A DNA stretch of 62,934 nucleotides, filler included. It is 6 parts of 6 records of this genome, joined end to end, with 100 filler letters (N's around TTAATTAATTAA, not from the genome) between each part and the next. Parts side by side here need not be neighbours in the genome. Positions count along the whole stretch, not along the records: positions 28,248 to 51,638 come from SRR31156797_10900; 5 more parts are not named here. One strand, 5' to 3'. Positions within the stretch are counted from its first letter, which is position 1; every line of letters begins with the position of its first letter. A program made the position numbers and the translations under genes. Below the pieces are notes generated by a model. The model was given only the letters and a program-made list of their open reading frames with translations. It was not told the origin of the DNA and did no database searches. Positions 32,198-42,899 of the stretch are shown piece after piece.

Positions 32198-34153
32198 CTA
32201 TTTTATTAGAGTTATTTTAACTTCATCTATATACTCAGAAATTATAACTGAGCCCTCTTTTGAATCTATAAGTCCTGCTGACGAATAAAGTAAATTATTT
32301 TTAAAAATTTCTAGATTAATAATTATTTTACCTTTGGGTTTATCACCAGATAGTTTAAGCGTTATCTCATTAGTATTTGATTTATAAAGCTCAAAAGAGA
32401 AACGTTTGCAATCAGAAATAGGAAAGTTTCTTATCTCAATAGGAGCATCAGATATCCATTCATTAGGAATTCCCCTTCCGATTATTAAATCACCATTATA
32501 GAACTCTGCAATTAATGATTCAACTAAAACTTTTGTTGCAGATGATTGCCCCCACATATGAGGACATGATCCGCTTCCGTCACTTGGATGCATACCATTC
32601 CATGCGGTTTTCTCAGGTTTGCTGCAATTTTCCCACCAGGAAAATGGTCCTGACTGAGTATTATCTATCATATATTTATATGCCTCGATTCCAGCACTTC
32701 TAAATTTTTCCCCTCGCAAAGCGGCACTACAATAGCCAGCGTTATAAGAAGTACTTGTCCCAAACCATCCGCCATTTGTAGGATAACCTCCAAATGTTCT
32801 TCCTTTAATACCAATCTCAGCTAATCGATTAAAACCATATTCATATGTTTTATCTATCAAGTCAAAACTAATTCCCTCTTGTTTTCCTCCCAAAAGCCAT
32901 CCGTCCCAAGGCCATCTACCAAAAAATAGGTGTGCAGCCCAGTTTGCATCCTGAGGATTTTTAGTTCTGTTGTAATCATTAGATTCTGTCATACTTGTAG
33001 GAAGATAGTTAATTTTATATTTTTTAAGAGTATTGTTGAGAGTTTTATTTATTGAGTTTAGTAAATCATTGTACTCATTTTCTGCCCATAGTTTTTCATC
33101 TAAATACCCTAATTTATCACATAGGAATCTATAAGCTAATAACCCTGTTAATGCACTCCAGTTATCAACAGTCCAGTGTCCGTCAGAATCAATATCCGGA
33201 GTAATTTTCATAATTCCATTTATACCTTGTCTATCATCAGCAATTTTGTGAGCCGCAAATTTTATAGTTTTCCAATTTGCAATAACTTCCGCTTTATCAT
33301 CTGTTTTTAGCAAGTATAATGCCCAAGGCCACGGATACTTCCAAGTGGCATCATTATACTGATTTCCAACAGGTAAGTTTGACAAATAGTTTTTGGCATC
33401 TTTTAAGTCACCAATTGTAAACATAGCTGCTAAAATGCCTGTAGCATCATGATCATAAACACGACCGTATCCATTAGCACCTACATGCGTTGCATATTTA
33501 TGTTTTACTATATGAGTATAGATATATCCGGCCTTATAGGCATTTTCTAAGTCCTTATCAGGAATTTTTAATTGAACAATTTCATTTAACCTATTATCCC
33601 AGTAATTTTTCATATGAGCAAAATGTTCATCCCATGTACCTGACTCTATTATCTCTTCATCACTTGGCCAAGGATAATTATTTCCAAATCTATCAACAGT
33701 TATTGCAAAATCATAGATATTAGTTTTGCAACTAATGTCTTCTGATAATTTAATAAATTCTTTTGATTCAAGAGCTTTTAAATTAATAGGTTTATTATCT
33801 ATATTATTTTTTACAATAATTCTGGAATACACAACTACATAATCTTTATTTTTTATGCTTATTTTATCTGCAAAATTAATAATTTTTACATTACAATTAT
33901 TTTTTTCAAATTCAGTAACCAGTGCAGGCAAATATCCGGAATGATTATACCACACATATGATTTTTCGTTATTAAAAATCCCAAATCCTACCCTAATGTT
34001 TCTATCATCTCTTATCTCAAAACTACCATCATAATTAGCAAGGACAGAATGGTAATCACCATCCCAACCAAAAACTCCAGCAAATTTTCCCTCTACATAT
34101 TCAGTATAATCTCTAATATTAATTTTTTTAGTTTTATAATTGCTTAAACTCAT
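32198..34153 (-). CDS. Uncharacterised protein, probable six-hairpin (alpha/alpha)6 glycosidase-like fold
   Basis: Trp/Tyr/Asp-rich helical C-half (YDHD, WKYPWPW, DIDSDGHWTVDN); no signal peptide; sugar regulon context; fold is inferred. Confidence 0.5.
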   Translation of the reverse strand: MSLSNYKTKKINIRDYTEYVEGKFAGVFGWDGDYHSVLANYDGSFEIRDDRNIRVGFGIFNNEKSYVWYNHSGYLPALVTEFEKNNCNVKIINFADKISIKNKDYVVVYSRIIVKNNIDNKPINLKALESKEFIKLSEDISCKTNIYDFAITVDRFGNNYPWPSDEEIIESGTWDEHFAHMKNYWDNRLNEIVQLKIPDKDLENAYKAGYIYTHIVKHKYATHVGANGYGRVYDHDATGILAAMFTIGDLKDAKNYLSNLPVGNQYNDATWKYPWPWALYLLKTDDKAEVIANWKTIKFAAHKIADDRQGINGIMKITPDIDSDGHWTVDNWSALTGLLAYRFLCDKLGYLDEKLWAENEYNDLLNSINKTLNNTLKKYKINYLPTSMTESNDYNRTKNPQDANWAAHLFFGRWPWDGWLLGGKQEGISFDLIDKTYEYGFNRLAEIGIKGRTFGGYPTNGGWFGTSTSYNAGYCSAALRGEKFRSAGIEAYKYMIDNTQSGPFSWWENCSKPEKTAWNGMHPSDGSGSCPHMWGQSSATKVLVESLIAEFYNGDLIIGRGIPNEWISDAPIEIRNFPISDCKRFSFELYKSNTNEITLKLSGDKPKGKIIINLEIFKNNLLYSSAGLIDSKEGSVIISEYIDEVKITLIK

Positions 34154-34191
34154 ATATTATCTCCTTTTATTATGATGAAGTAATAAAAAAA

Positions 34192-34282
34192 TTGACTTCT
34201 AAACGTTTTTTTAGTATCATAAGTTAAAATGTGAAACGTTTCAAATTGATTCTATTATAGCTCAATTTGAATAAAAAATCAA
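34192..34282. promoter_or_regulatory. Face-to-face promoters sharing one LacI-type operator
   Basis: (+) TTGACT 34192-17-TATCAT 34215; (-) TTGATT 34282-17-TATAAT 34259; TGAAACGTTTCA at 34232-34243 between them. Confidence 0.75.
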
Positions 34283-34322
34283 AATAAATTATATTAACTA
34301 TTAAAGAAAAGCAGGTGATTTT

Positions 34323-35150
34323 ATGAAAAAAGCGGATTTACATGTTCATTCGTGTTTTTCTGACGGCACGAATACTATAGCAGAAATAATTGAATTAGCA
34401 ATAAAAAAGAATATAATTTTATTAGCTATTACTGATCATAACAAGTTAGACGGATCAAAAGAATTAATCAGTTTATGTAATAAAAAAGAAATTAGAGTCA
34501 TCTCAGGTGTTGAATTAGATGCAATGTATGATGGAGTTAATTATCATATTCTTGCTTACGGCATAGACTTGGATAGCGTTGAATTTAATAACTTTGTAGA
34601 GAAAAATCAAAATTTATTAGAAAAAGTAAATAAATTATTAGTAGTGAAAATGGCTCATGATTATGAGAATATAAGTCTAGCTGATTATTTAGATTTTACT
34701 TATGATAAAAGAAAAGGTGGATGGAAAGCATTGCACTATTTTATATCAAAAGGTATAGCTACTGATCCAGCGAGTGCATGGCAAAAATACGTTGATTATA
34801 GTCATGATTATACTTGTGTAGATTTTCCTTCCATAGACGAAATTTGTCGACAAATACATAATGCAGGAGGAAAAGCAGTTTTAGCTCACCCGGGTAAGAT
34901 GATCAAATTTGATTCGCATTCAGAATTTAAGAACAAACTTCTTAAATTAATTGATTTAGGATTAGATGGAATTGAAGTCTATTACCCTCATCATAGCGAA
35001 GAAATAGAGAAAGCTTGTTTAGAAATATGTGAAGAGAAAAATTTACTAATAACAAGTGGATCAGATTTTCATGGTAAATTTGGAAATATAAATATAGGAG
35101 GTAATGAATGCGAAATGACTAAATTAAACTTAGGAGATTTATTTAGATAA
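34323..35150 (+). CDS. PHP domain metal-dependent phosphoesterase
   Basis: DLHVHS..SDG, ITDH, GVE, LAHP, GSDFHG. Confidence 0.9.
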   Translation: MKKADLHVHSCFSDGTNTIAEIIELAIKKNIILLAITDHNKLDGSKELISLCNKKEIRVISGVELDAMYDGVNYHILAYGIDLDSVEFNNFVEKNQNLLEKVNKLLVVKMAHDYENISLADYLDFTYDKRKGGWKALHYFISKGIATDPASAWQKYVDYSHDYTCVDFPSIDEICRQIHNAGGKAVLAHPGKMIKFDSHSEFKNKLLKLIDLGLDGIEVYYPHHSEEIEKACLEICEEKNLLITSGSDFHGKFGNINIGGNECEMTKLNLGDLFR

Positions 35151-35287
35151 AATAGAGATGGAGGAGGAAAGCTTGAAAGGAAGGCTACTTAAATAGTGTT
35201 TCAGGAATGTTTATAGAACCATTAATATATGACGAATTATTAATAAAAGATCAAGCTATTGAGTTTGATAAAACTTTTTTTAGAAGA

Positions 35288-35328
35288 ACTCCCCTATTGA
35301 TTTATTAATCGATAGGGGAGTAAATTTT
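35288..35328. terminator. Terminator between convergent genes
   Basis: ACTCCCCTATTGATT/AATCGATAGGGGAGT. Confidence 0.7.
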
Positions 35329-36632
35329 TACTTAGTAAATCTTCGTTTAGAAAAATTATCTATCTTTTTTGCTGCTTCATCAAGAGCAGTTTTAACATCT
35401 TTTCCATTTATAATATCAAAGTATGCTCTTGCAAACTCTTTAGTTAAAATAGGATAAAGTGGCGTTCTAGGTCTTGCCTGCCCTGTTAAAATATTCTGAT
35501 CTTTGAATATGCTAAGTGGTTTAGAATCAAAATCTTTTAATTTCGAATAAGCTGATTTTGTTGAAGGTAACATACCTATTGCGCCAAATATTCCAACACC
35601 ACTATCTTGATTTGTAAACCACTTAATTACTTCAAATGCTTCTTTAGGGTGTTTAGATTGAACAGTAAGTCCCCAACACCAGCTACCGGTAGGTGAGTGC
35701 TGTGTTTTAAAAATGGGATAAGGAGCAATACCGTATTTTCCTTCCATTTCTTTATAATTATTTCTAATAGACGCAGCTGTCCAAGGCCCGGAAATAGCCA
35801 TAGCTGCTCTTCCCTCTTGGAATAGATTTTCCGTAACATCTGTTGGGACATATCCGTTTATAAATAGTTCCTGTATTTTAGTCATTGTTTCAATATTTTG
35901 CTCACTGTTAATATATCCTTCAGCAGTAAATCCATCATCAGAGATTAACTTTCCTTCATTTGACCATATAAAAGGAGCACCCATATAGATTAACCATTCA
36001 CTGGCACTACCACCTAAGCTAATTAAGGGAGTAATCTCTTCAGGTAATTCTTTCCCCAGTTTTTCTAATACGCTTTGAAATTCATCCCATGTCCAGTTAT
36101 TTTCAATTGTGTCAGGGATCATAATGTTATACTGATTCATGATATCTTTATTATAATATACTCCTACTGAGGATTCCATTACGCCGAGAGCATATAACTT
36201 ATCATTCCATGTCCCTTGCTGTATTGTCGCGTTTATATAATCTTTATACCAATCTTCATTTTCATTAATAAAATCATTTAATGGAATTAAAACGTCTAAA
36301 TAAGCATAATTTGCAACATAGGGACCATCCAAATCTAAGATATCCGGTAAACTTCCTGATGCAGCAGCTCTCATAATTTTTGTCTCATACTCATTTTGGC
36401 TTCCACCTTCAATAATCTTGAATTCCAGTTCAATTTTATCTTTGTATGTTTCATTAAATTCATCTTTTCTTTTTCTGAAAAAATTCATTTCATCTTCCCC
36501 AGAAGCGTGTTGCCACATGACGATTTTAACAATGTCTTCTTTTTTTCTTTTTCTCGAAAAAGATAAAGTTATAATCAATGAAACTAGAGTAATTAATCCT
36601 AATACAAATATTGTTTTTAAATATTTCCGCAT
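35328..36632 (-). CDS. Sugar ABC substrate-binding protein (orphan, N-terminal TM anchor)
   Basis: LPDILDLDGP, YYNKD, GRAAMAISGPW; SBP family 1 style. Confidence 0.85.
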   Translation of the reverse strand: MRKYLKTIFVLGLITLVSLIITLSFSRKRKKEDIVKIVMWQHASGEDEMNFFRKRKDEFNETYKDKIELEFKIIEGGSQNEYETKIMRAAASGSLPDILDLDGPYVANYAYLDVLIPLNDFINENEDWYKDYINATIQQGTWNDKLYALGVMESSVGVYYNKDIMNQYNIMIPDTIENNWTWDEFQSVLEKLGKELPEEITPLISLGGSASEWLIYMGAPFIWSNEGKLISDDGFTAEGYINSEQNIETMTKIQELFINGYVPTDVTENLFQEGRAAMAISGPWTAASIRNNYKEMEGKYGIAPYPIFKTQHSPTGSWCWGLTVQSKHPKEAFEVIKWFTNQDSGVGIFGAIGMLPSTKSAYSKLKDFDSKPLSIFKDQNILTGQARPRTPLYPILTKEFARAYFDIINGKDVKTALDEAAKKIDNFSKRRFTK

Positions 36633-36706
36633 AAAGCACATCCTTTCTTAATCAGAGAGAGTTAAACGTATCAATAAATAATAAGCAGAGCTTACAGTCA
36701 TCCAAA

Positions 36707-37144
36707 TTAAATTTCTCTAATCATTTCAAATAAATCAAGCCCTTTACCCCAATAATTTCTTACAGTTCGAATTAATCTAAAATTTAATTTCATAAAAAAT
36801 CTATATTCAAACTGTGATGTAGTAACTATTGTTTTTTTAACCTCTTTATCTAGTAAATCCAAACAATATGTAACTACCTCCTTTCCTAAACCATTGCTTT
36901 TATGGTTCGGTTCAAAAAACATCCAAGTTATTTTACCTTGTTTTTTCTTAGTATCAATGATATATCCTGTTCCACCAACGACTTCATTATTTTTTATAAT
37001 AGTCAGATAGGTATCTGAGTTGCTTTCAAGATATTCAATTAAATCTTTAATTTCATGTGGGGCAAAATATAATGGTACATTTTGCTTAAAAATTTCGACT
37101 AAGCGTTTATAGTCGCTTTTGGTATATTTTCTTATTTCAGTCAT
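36707..37144 (-). CDS. GNAT acetyltransferase
   Basis: Motif A-like HKSNGLGK and FFMKLNF; 145 aa. Confidence 0.75.
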   Translation of the reverse strand: MTEIRKYTKSDYKRLVEIFKQNVPLYFAPHEIKDLIEYLESNSDTYLTIIKNNEVVGGTGYIIDTKKKQGKITWMFFEPNHKSNGLGKEVVTYCLDLLDKEVKKTIVTTSQFEYRFFMKLNFRLIRTVRNYWGKGLDLFEMIREI

Positions 37145-37255
37145 TAAAAACTCCTTATATATTTATTATATGCATTACACTTATATCATATTATATTTTT
37201 TTAATCGATAGAGGGTAAATATGTATTATTTACTAAATAAAAGTAATGTATATTT

Positions 37256-37311
37256 TGAAACGTTTCAGAGTTCTTGAGATTAATATTACTATATAATTTC
37301 AAATACGTCAA
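37256..37311 (-). promoter_or_regulatory. Promoter plus LacI-type operator for GNAT/SBP unit
   Basis: (-) TTGACG-17-TAATAT; TGAAACGTTTCA 37256-37267. Confidence 0.68.
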
Positions 37312-37359
37312 TACTGAATATATCAAATAAAAAAATGAATTGAAAAACTTAGTTTTATA

Positions 37360-37409
37360 TTGACTATTGAAATAAGTTAAAGTATTATTTTATTATTCGA
37401 AACGTTTCA
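37360..37409 (+). promoter_or_regulatory. Promoter plus LacI-type operator for GNAT
   Basis: TTGACT-17-TATTAT; CGAAACGTTTCA 37398-37409. Confidence 0.72.
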
Positions 37410-37445
37410 AATTAAGAAAAGAATTTTAAATCTGAGAGGAGAAAA

Positions 37446-38354
37446 ATGGAGAAGGAAATAATTTATAGAGCACTTGAAAATGATGAGCTTGAGATTTGGT
37501 TTGAATTCTGTGGAAATACTTTTGGTATAGGAGCAGATTATTTTAGAAAGCACTACTATAATGACCCTGAGAAGGAAATAAGAGGAATTTTCGTTGCGAT
37601 ATATGGAAATGAAATCGTTAGTACACTAAGAGTATTTCATCGTCAGATATATTATAAAGGTGAAAAAATCAAAGCAGCCGGATTAGGTGAAGTATGTACA
37701 GATGATAAATATAGAAAACAAGGTTTGTCTTCTAAGTTAATAGAAAGTGCAAAAGATTATATTAGGGAAAATAATTTTAAAATATCAGTATTAGGTGCAA
37801 GTGTTCCAAAGTTTTATGAGAAACGAGGCTGGAGTGGGAGAGAACTGCGGACACTGACATCAAATGTGAAGAAAGCAGAATATCAGACCTTAATATTTGA
37901 TAAAATCGATTTTAAACAGGATTTAAAATTTGTGCAGGAAACTTATTATCAATTTTCATCAAAATATAACGGCGCATTCGTAAGAGAAACTAATAATTAT
38001 TGGAATAAGTGGATAAAATATGAAATGACTAAATATAGTGATTCATTGATTGTATATGATAATCTAAAAAATAAAATTGCTTATGTAGTATTAAGTATAA
38101 AAGATAATAAACTTGAAATAGTTGAATTATGTTATACTGATTCAGATTTTGATGTAATTATTCAAAATCTATTATATTATCTAAATAAAGATAATATGCA
38201 AATTAGCTATCCATCAATATTTGATAGCAAATTGGAGTTGATACAAAGTAAAACTGATAATGCATATATGTATTTAAACTTAGATAAAACTAACGATTAC
38301 TGTGATGTCTTAGGTAATAACGGGCATATATTCTGGAAATTGGACGCATTCTAA
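37446..38354 (+). CDS. GNAT acetyltransferase (Eis-like N-terminal domain)
   Basis: GLGEVCT...YRKQGLS, FYEKRGW. Confidence 0.8.
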   Translation: MEKEIIYRALENDELEIWFEFCGNTFGIGADYFRKHYYNDPEKEIRGIFVAIYGNEIVSTLRVFHRQIYYKGEKIKAAGLGEVCTDDKYRKQGLSSKLIESAKDYIRENNFKISVLGASVPKFYEKRGWSGRELRTLTSNVKKAEYQTLIFDKIDFKQDLKFVQETYYQFSSKYNGAFVRETNNYWNKWIKYEMTKYSDSLIVYDNLKNKIAYVVLSIKDNKLEIVELCYTDSDFDVIIQNLLYYLNKDNMQISYPSIFDSKLELIQSKTDNAYMYLNLDKTNDYCDVLGNNGHIFWKLDAF

Positions 38355-38541
38355 AAATATTTTGAAAAATATATTTACAAATTCATAATTATAGTTTAAA
38401 ATAGTCTGACTTTTTAGTAAAATGAAAAAGTTCAGATTATTTTTTTATAATTTCAAATTCTATAATACCTCAATTTTTCTATGTTTTGTGTTTAATATTG
38501 AACATTTAAGAATAATTTCTGAACATTTTTCAAAAAAAGGG

Positions 38542-38598
38542 TTGACTTACAGTTTTAAATGGAGTATCATAGTCATGTAGAGGTTATGAAACGTTTCA
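38542..38598 (+). promoter_or_regulatory. Promoter plus autoregulatory operator of the LacI gene
   Basis: TTGACT-17-TATCAT; TGAAACGTTTCA 38587-38598 abutting RBS GAGGAGG. Confidence 0.78.
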
Positions 38599-38612
38599 GA
38601 GGAGGCTAAGTA

Positions 38613-39608
38613 ATGAAAGTTACAGTAAAAGATATTGCACGTGAACTTGGTGTATCTGTTGGATCTGTTTCTACTGCCCTGAACGATAAACCCGGCATCA
38701 GCTTAAAGATGAAAGAGATGATTCGTAAAAAAGCTAATGAGATGGGTTATGTACCAAATCAAGCTGCAAGGAATCTTGTACAGAAAAAGACAAATAAAAT
38801 TGCATTCTTTATACTTAGTAGAAATTTTGACGAGATAAAATCTCGAAATAATATTTTATTTAACTATATGTTAGAGGAAGCAAGAAAAAGTAATAAGAAC
38901 CTTTTAGTTTACAGTGGAGATTTTGAATCTCATGAAAAAGGTGATTATATTCGAATCTGTCGAGAGGAAAATGTACTTGGCGCTATCTTTATGGGAATAA
39001 GGCTAGATGACCCTTCAATAGAGGTGTTACAAAAAGTTGAAGATTTCCCAGTAGTTGTATTTGATACTTCAATAGGTGGATTTGCAAATGCAGTTATTAC
39101 AAATAATGCTGTAGGTGTAACATCAGCTTTAAACTATCTCTATAATATAGGTCATAGAGATATAGGGATCATCAATGGACATGAGCAGGCGCAAGTTACA
39201 AGAGAAAGATATGAAGCTGCTGAAAAATTCTTAAAAGAAAAAGGGATATTTAATCCTGATCTAATTTATCCGGGAGATTTTACCCAGAAAAGTGGATATG
39301 AAGCAGGAAAAAAAATACTTGAAAGCTCGATTATGCCTAGTGCAGTATTTTCATTTAGTGATTTGATGGCATTTGGTGCAATGAAATTTTTTAATGAGAA
39401 GGAAATTCGTTATCCAGACGAAATATCTATAGTAGGGTTTGATGATATGCCTGTTAGTGATTTCTTAAATGTGACTACAGTTGGTCATGATTATGAAAAA
39501 ATTAGTCTTGAAATAATGGACATAATACTTAACAGGAAAAAGTCAATTGTATCTTACGTAGATCCAAAATTGGTTATCAGGAATACGTGCAAAAAAATAT
39601 CTTCCTAA
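38613..39608 (+). CDS. LacI family transcriptional regulator
   Basis: TVKDIARELGVSVGSVS..LN, YVPNQAARNL, ISIVGFDD. Confidence 0.95.
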   Translation: MKVTVKDIARELGVSVGSVSTALNDKPGISLKMKEMIRKKANEMGYVPNQAARNLVQKKTNKIAFFILSRNFDEIKSRNNILFNYMLEEARKSNKNLLVYSGDFESHEKGDYIRICREENVLGAIFMGIRLDDPSIEVLQKVEDFPVVVFDTSIGGFANAVITNNAVGVTSALNYLYNIGHRDIGIINGHEQAQVTRERYEAAEKFLKEKGIFNPDLIYPGDFTQKSGYEAGKKILESSIMPSAVFSFSDLMAFGAMKFFNEKEIRYPDEISIVGFDDMPVSDFLNVTTVGHDYEKISLEIMDIILNRKKSIVSYVDPKLVIRNTCKKISS

Positions 39609-39636
39609 CCCGAAGATATTTTTACACAAATAAATT

Positions 39637-39648
39637 TGAAACGTTTCA
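39637..39648. promoter_or_regulatory. LacI-type operator
   Basis: TGAAACGTTTCA upstream of the SBP gene. Confidence 0.75.
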
Positions 39649-39704
39649 GGAAATAGATAAGATTTATCAATTTACAAATGAAAAACAATCTAAGGAGGAA
39701 GGTT

Positions 39705-40967
39705 ATGAAAAAGTTAGTTATTATTATGTTATTAGCGGTTATGAGTATTTCGAGTTTCGCAATATTTGGTTTTGGTAAGAAAGATACCAAAAAGAAAAAG
39801 CCAAAAGGACCTGTTACTTTGACAATCGGAATGTGGGGATCATCACCTGATGAAACTGCTCTGGTTGATAAGCAATTAGCGGCATTTGAAGCAAAATATC
39901 CTAATATCAAAGTTAAAAAGCAAGTTGCAGTTGGAGATTATAATCAGGAACTTCAAACAAACTTTGCAGCTGGTACTGAACCTGATATCTTCTATGTAGA
40001 TTCAGCTGATGCCTTAATGTACATGTCAAAAAAAGCAATTGTACCATTAAATGATTATTTAGACATGAATGAAGTTAACGACTATCAACCAAATCTACTT
40101 AAAGCTTTTAGTAAAGATGGTAAAATCTACGGATTACCTAAAGATTATAATCCATTAGTAATGTACTACAATGTAGAGATGTTGGAAGCAGCAGGAGCTA
40201 AAGTTCCAACTACATGGGGAGAGTTATTAGATACTCTTGGTAAGTTAAAAACAGCAGGAGACGCTGGAAAATTAGGCGACAACTTTAGTTACCCTATGGC
40301 ACTTACTAATAACGGTGAAAGATACGCGCCTTTCATTATCCAAAACGGTGGTATGATCTACAATCACAAAAAAGATAGTTTAGAATTCACTAGTAATGAA
40401 GCGGCAGAAGGTATGGATTTCTACTTTGATCTAATTAGAGATGGATATGCTGAAATACCAACAGCTATGGGAGAAGGATGGTTAGGAGATGCATTTGGTA
40501 GAGAAAAAGTTGCAATAGTTTACTCTGGTGGATGGATGATTCCTTTCTTAAAATCTGCAGCACCAAATGTTAATTACAAAATGGCAAATTTACCTCAAGG
40601 GAAAGAAAATGGAACTATGGTATTCACTGTAGCTTATTGTATGGGTAGAAATACAAGATATCCTGAGGAAGCAGTTAAATTAATTGAATTCATGACTGGT
40701 AAAGATGCTCAAAATATGACTGTAGAATCTGGTCTTGGATTACCATCTAGAATCAGCTTAGGTGAAACTTTCATTGCAAAATATCCTGAAAGAGAAGCAT
40801 TAATCGATATGACAAAATATGCAACTCCATTTCAATTCGGATTAAAAGGAAGAAAAGTAAATGATATGCTTACTCAAGGTGGAGAAAAAATGTATATGGA
40901 TATTATCGAAGGAGACGGAGATAAAACAGCAGCAGAAGTATTACAAGAAGCAAAAGAAAGTATCTAG
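39705..40967 (+). CDS. Sugar ABC substrate-binding protein
   Basis: Signal peptide, PDIFYVD, YGLPKD, YYN; AGGAGG RBS. Confidence 0.9.
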   Translation: MKKLVIIMLLAVMSISSFAIFGFGKKDTKKKKPKGPVTLTIGMWGSSPDETALVDKQLAAFEAKYPNIKVKKQVAVGDYNQELQTNFAAGTEPDIFYVDSADALMYMSKKAIVPLNDYLDMNEVNDYQPNLLKAFSKDGKIYGLPKDYNPLVMYYNVEMLEAAGAKVPTTWGELLDTLGKLKTAGDAGKLGDNFSYPMALTNNGERYAPFIIQNGGMIYNHKKDSLEFTSNEAAEGMDFYFDLIRDGYAEIPTAMGEGWLGDAFGREKVAIVYSGGWMIPFLKSAAPNVNYKMANLPQGKENGTMVFTVAYCMGRNTRYPEEAVKLIEFMTGKDAQNMTVESGLGLPSRISLGETFIAKYPEREALIDMTKYATPFQFGLKGRKVNDMLTQGGEKMYMDIIEGDGDKTAAEVLQEAKESI

Positions 40968-41046
40968 CACACACATTTTGAAGGATGATGGAATTTATAT
41001 GGTAAATATCAATATATAGATATTGAATCAATCTAAAGGAGTGTGC

Positions 41047-42006
41047 ATGATGAGTAACAATATAGATACGATGAATAAGAGCTTACTAAAAGTTCATTCT
41101 AGAAATAAAACTAAGACAAATCTTCTAACACTTAGAAGAAGAGAAAAGGTGGATGGTTGGTTATTTATACTGCCGGTAGTTATACTATCAATAGTATTTT
41201 TATTCGGACCAATACTTGTAGCGTTTCTTCTTAGCTTCAAAGAGTACTCTCTACTTGATGCTGAGACGATATTTACAGCTAAATGGGTAGGAATAAGAAA
41301 CTATACTGAAGTAGTTGGTGATAAGATTTTCCTGAGAGCTTTGTTTAATACATCAATGTATTCATTAGGTGTTGTACCAACACAGCTTGTAATAGCATTA
41401 GCACTGGCACTTGTATGTCATACAGGGGTTAAGCAAAAAGGATTTTTCAGAACGATCTATTATATTCCAACAGTTACATCAGCAGTTGCAGTATCAATTA
41501 TGTTTCTGTTTTTATACAAAACGGATGGTTTAATTAATAAATTTTTAGGAGTATTCGGTGTTGAACCGATTAGATTTTTCGGAACGGTAAAATTCGCACT
41601 GCCGTCAGTAATGTCAATGGCGGTCTGGTCATCAGTTGGAATATATATGGTTATCTTTCTGGCAGGATTACAGGGAATACCTGATTCGCTATATGAAGCA
41701 GCTGAGATAGATGGAGCGAATAAATGGCAGAAATTTATATATGTCACTGTTCCAATGTTAAGACATACTATATTCTTTAATCTGGTTGTATCAATGATAG
41801 GAACATTCCAAGTATTTGATCAGGCATTTATCGTTTCAGGAGGTACCGGGGGACCATTAAATTCAACAATGACTGCAGTTCTATATCTATATAGAACAGG
41901 GTTCAAAGAGTTTAGAATGGGTTACGCATCTGCAATGGCATTTACCTTGTTTGGAATTATCCTCTTGTTAACACTTATTCAAAAAAGATTGTTTAAGGAG
42001 GATTAA
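41047..42006 (+). CDS. Sugar ABC permease (MalF-like)
   Basis: EAA loop LYEAAEIDGA; start approximate. Confidence 0.92.
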   Translation: MMSNNIDTMNKSLLKVHSRNKTKTNLLTLRRREKVDGWLFILPVVILSIVFLFGPILVAFLLSFKEYSLLDAETIFTAKWVGIRNYTEVVGDKIFLRALFNTSMYSLGVVPTQLVIALALALVCHTGVKQKGFFRTIYYIPTVTSAVAVSIMFLFLYKTDGLINKFLGVFGVEPIRFFGTVKFALPSVMSMAVWSSVGIYMVIFLAGLQGIPDSLYEAAEIDGANKWQKFIYVTVPMLRHTIFFNLVVSMIGTFQVFDQAFIVSGGTGGPLNSTMTAVLYLYRTGFKEFRMGYASAMAFTLFGIILLLTLIQKRLFKED

Positions 42007-42008
42007 AG

Positions 42009-42833
42009 ATGAATAAAACTATAAAGCACGTAATAACTGTATTATTTTATATAATAGTAGTTGGATATGCACTTGTCTCTGTATTCCCGTTTATCTGGAG
42101 TTTAATCACTTCACTTAAGCCAACAGATCAAGTAAATAATTTCAATATCCCATTTGGGCAATTATCATTTAAAAATTATGTTTATATATTTGAAAACTTC
42201 CCATTTACCAGATGGTTATTTAACTCAGTATTTATAGCTGTGCTTGTAACAGCAGGAAATATTTTGTTTAATTCAATGGCAGGTTATGCACTTGCGAAGA
42301 TTGATTTTCCAGGTAAAAAGGCAATTTTTCTAGTAATTTTAGCAGTGATGATGATACCTGGACAGGTTGTAATGGTTCCTACCTATATGTTATTAGTAAA
42401 ACTAGGTTGGATCAATACTTATAGAGGGATGGTAATCCCGTTCCTGTTTAGTTTCTTTAATATATTCTTAATGAGACAGTTCTTTATGGAGATACCGAAG
42501 AGTTTAGAGGAAGCAGCAATGATTGACGGTTTAGGTAGATTTGGAATATTCTTTAGAATAATTATGCCACTATCTATTCCGGCTATATCAACACAATTTA
42601 TACTAAGTTTTACAGGTAACTGGAATTCGTTCTTATGGCCTAGTTTAATAGCCAAAAGACAAGATATGTATACACTGCCAATTGGACTTAACTCATTTTA
42701 TGGTCAATATTTCCAATTCTGGGATCAGGTTCTGGCAGGAGTAATGATACTTTCATTACCAGCTATATTAATATTTATAATGTTCCAAAGACACTTTATA
42801 AAAGGAATCGCAAGTACAGGTACAAAAGAGTAA
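42009..42833 (+). CDS. Sugar ABC permease (MalG-like)
   Basis: LEEAAMIDG, WNSFLWP. Confidence 0.92.
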   Translation: MNKTIKHVITVLFYIIVVGYALVSVFPFIWSLITSLKPTDQVNNFNIPFGQLSFKNYVYIFENFPFTRWLFNSVFIAVLVTAGNILFNSMAGYALAKIDFPGKKAIFLVILAVMMIPGQVVMVPTYMLLVKLGWINTYRGMVIPFLFSFFNIFLMRQFFMEIPKSLEEAAMIDGLGRFGIFFRIIMPLSIPAISTQFILSFTGNWNSFLWPSLIAKRQDMYTLPIGLNSFYGQYFQFWDQVLAGVMILSLPAILIFIMFQRHFIKGIASTGTKE

Positions 42834-42899
42834 TTTATTATTACAATTTATGGAATTTTAAATAGCTGATTTAGGTCAGCATATTTAAAGCAAATAACC

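Noticed and set aside
35305-37220. TTAATCGATAG(G/A)GG..TAAAT near-direct repeat flanking SBP plus GNAT as an insertion scar
   Set aside because: Imperfect, one copy is a terminator arm, no mobility gene, and the genes have their own operator-bearing promoter outside the repeat
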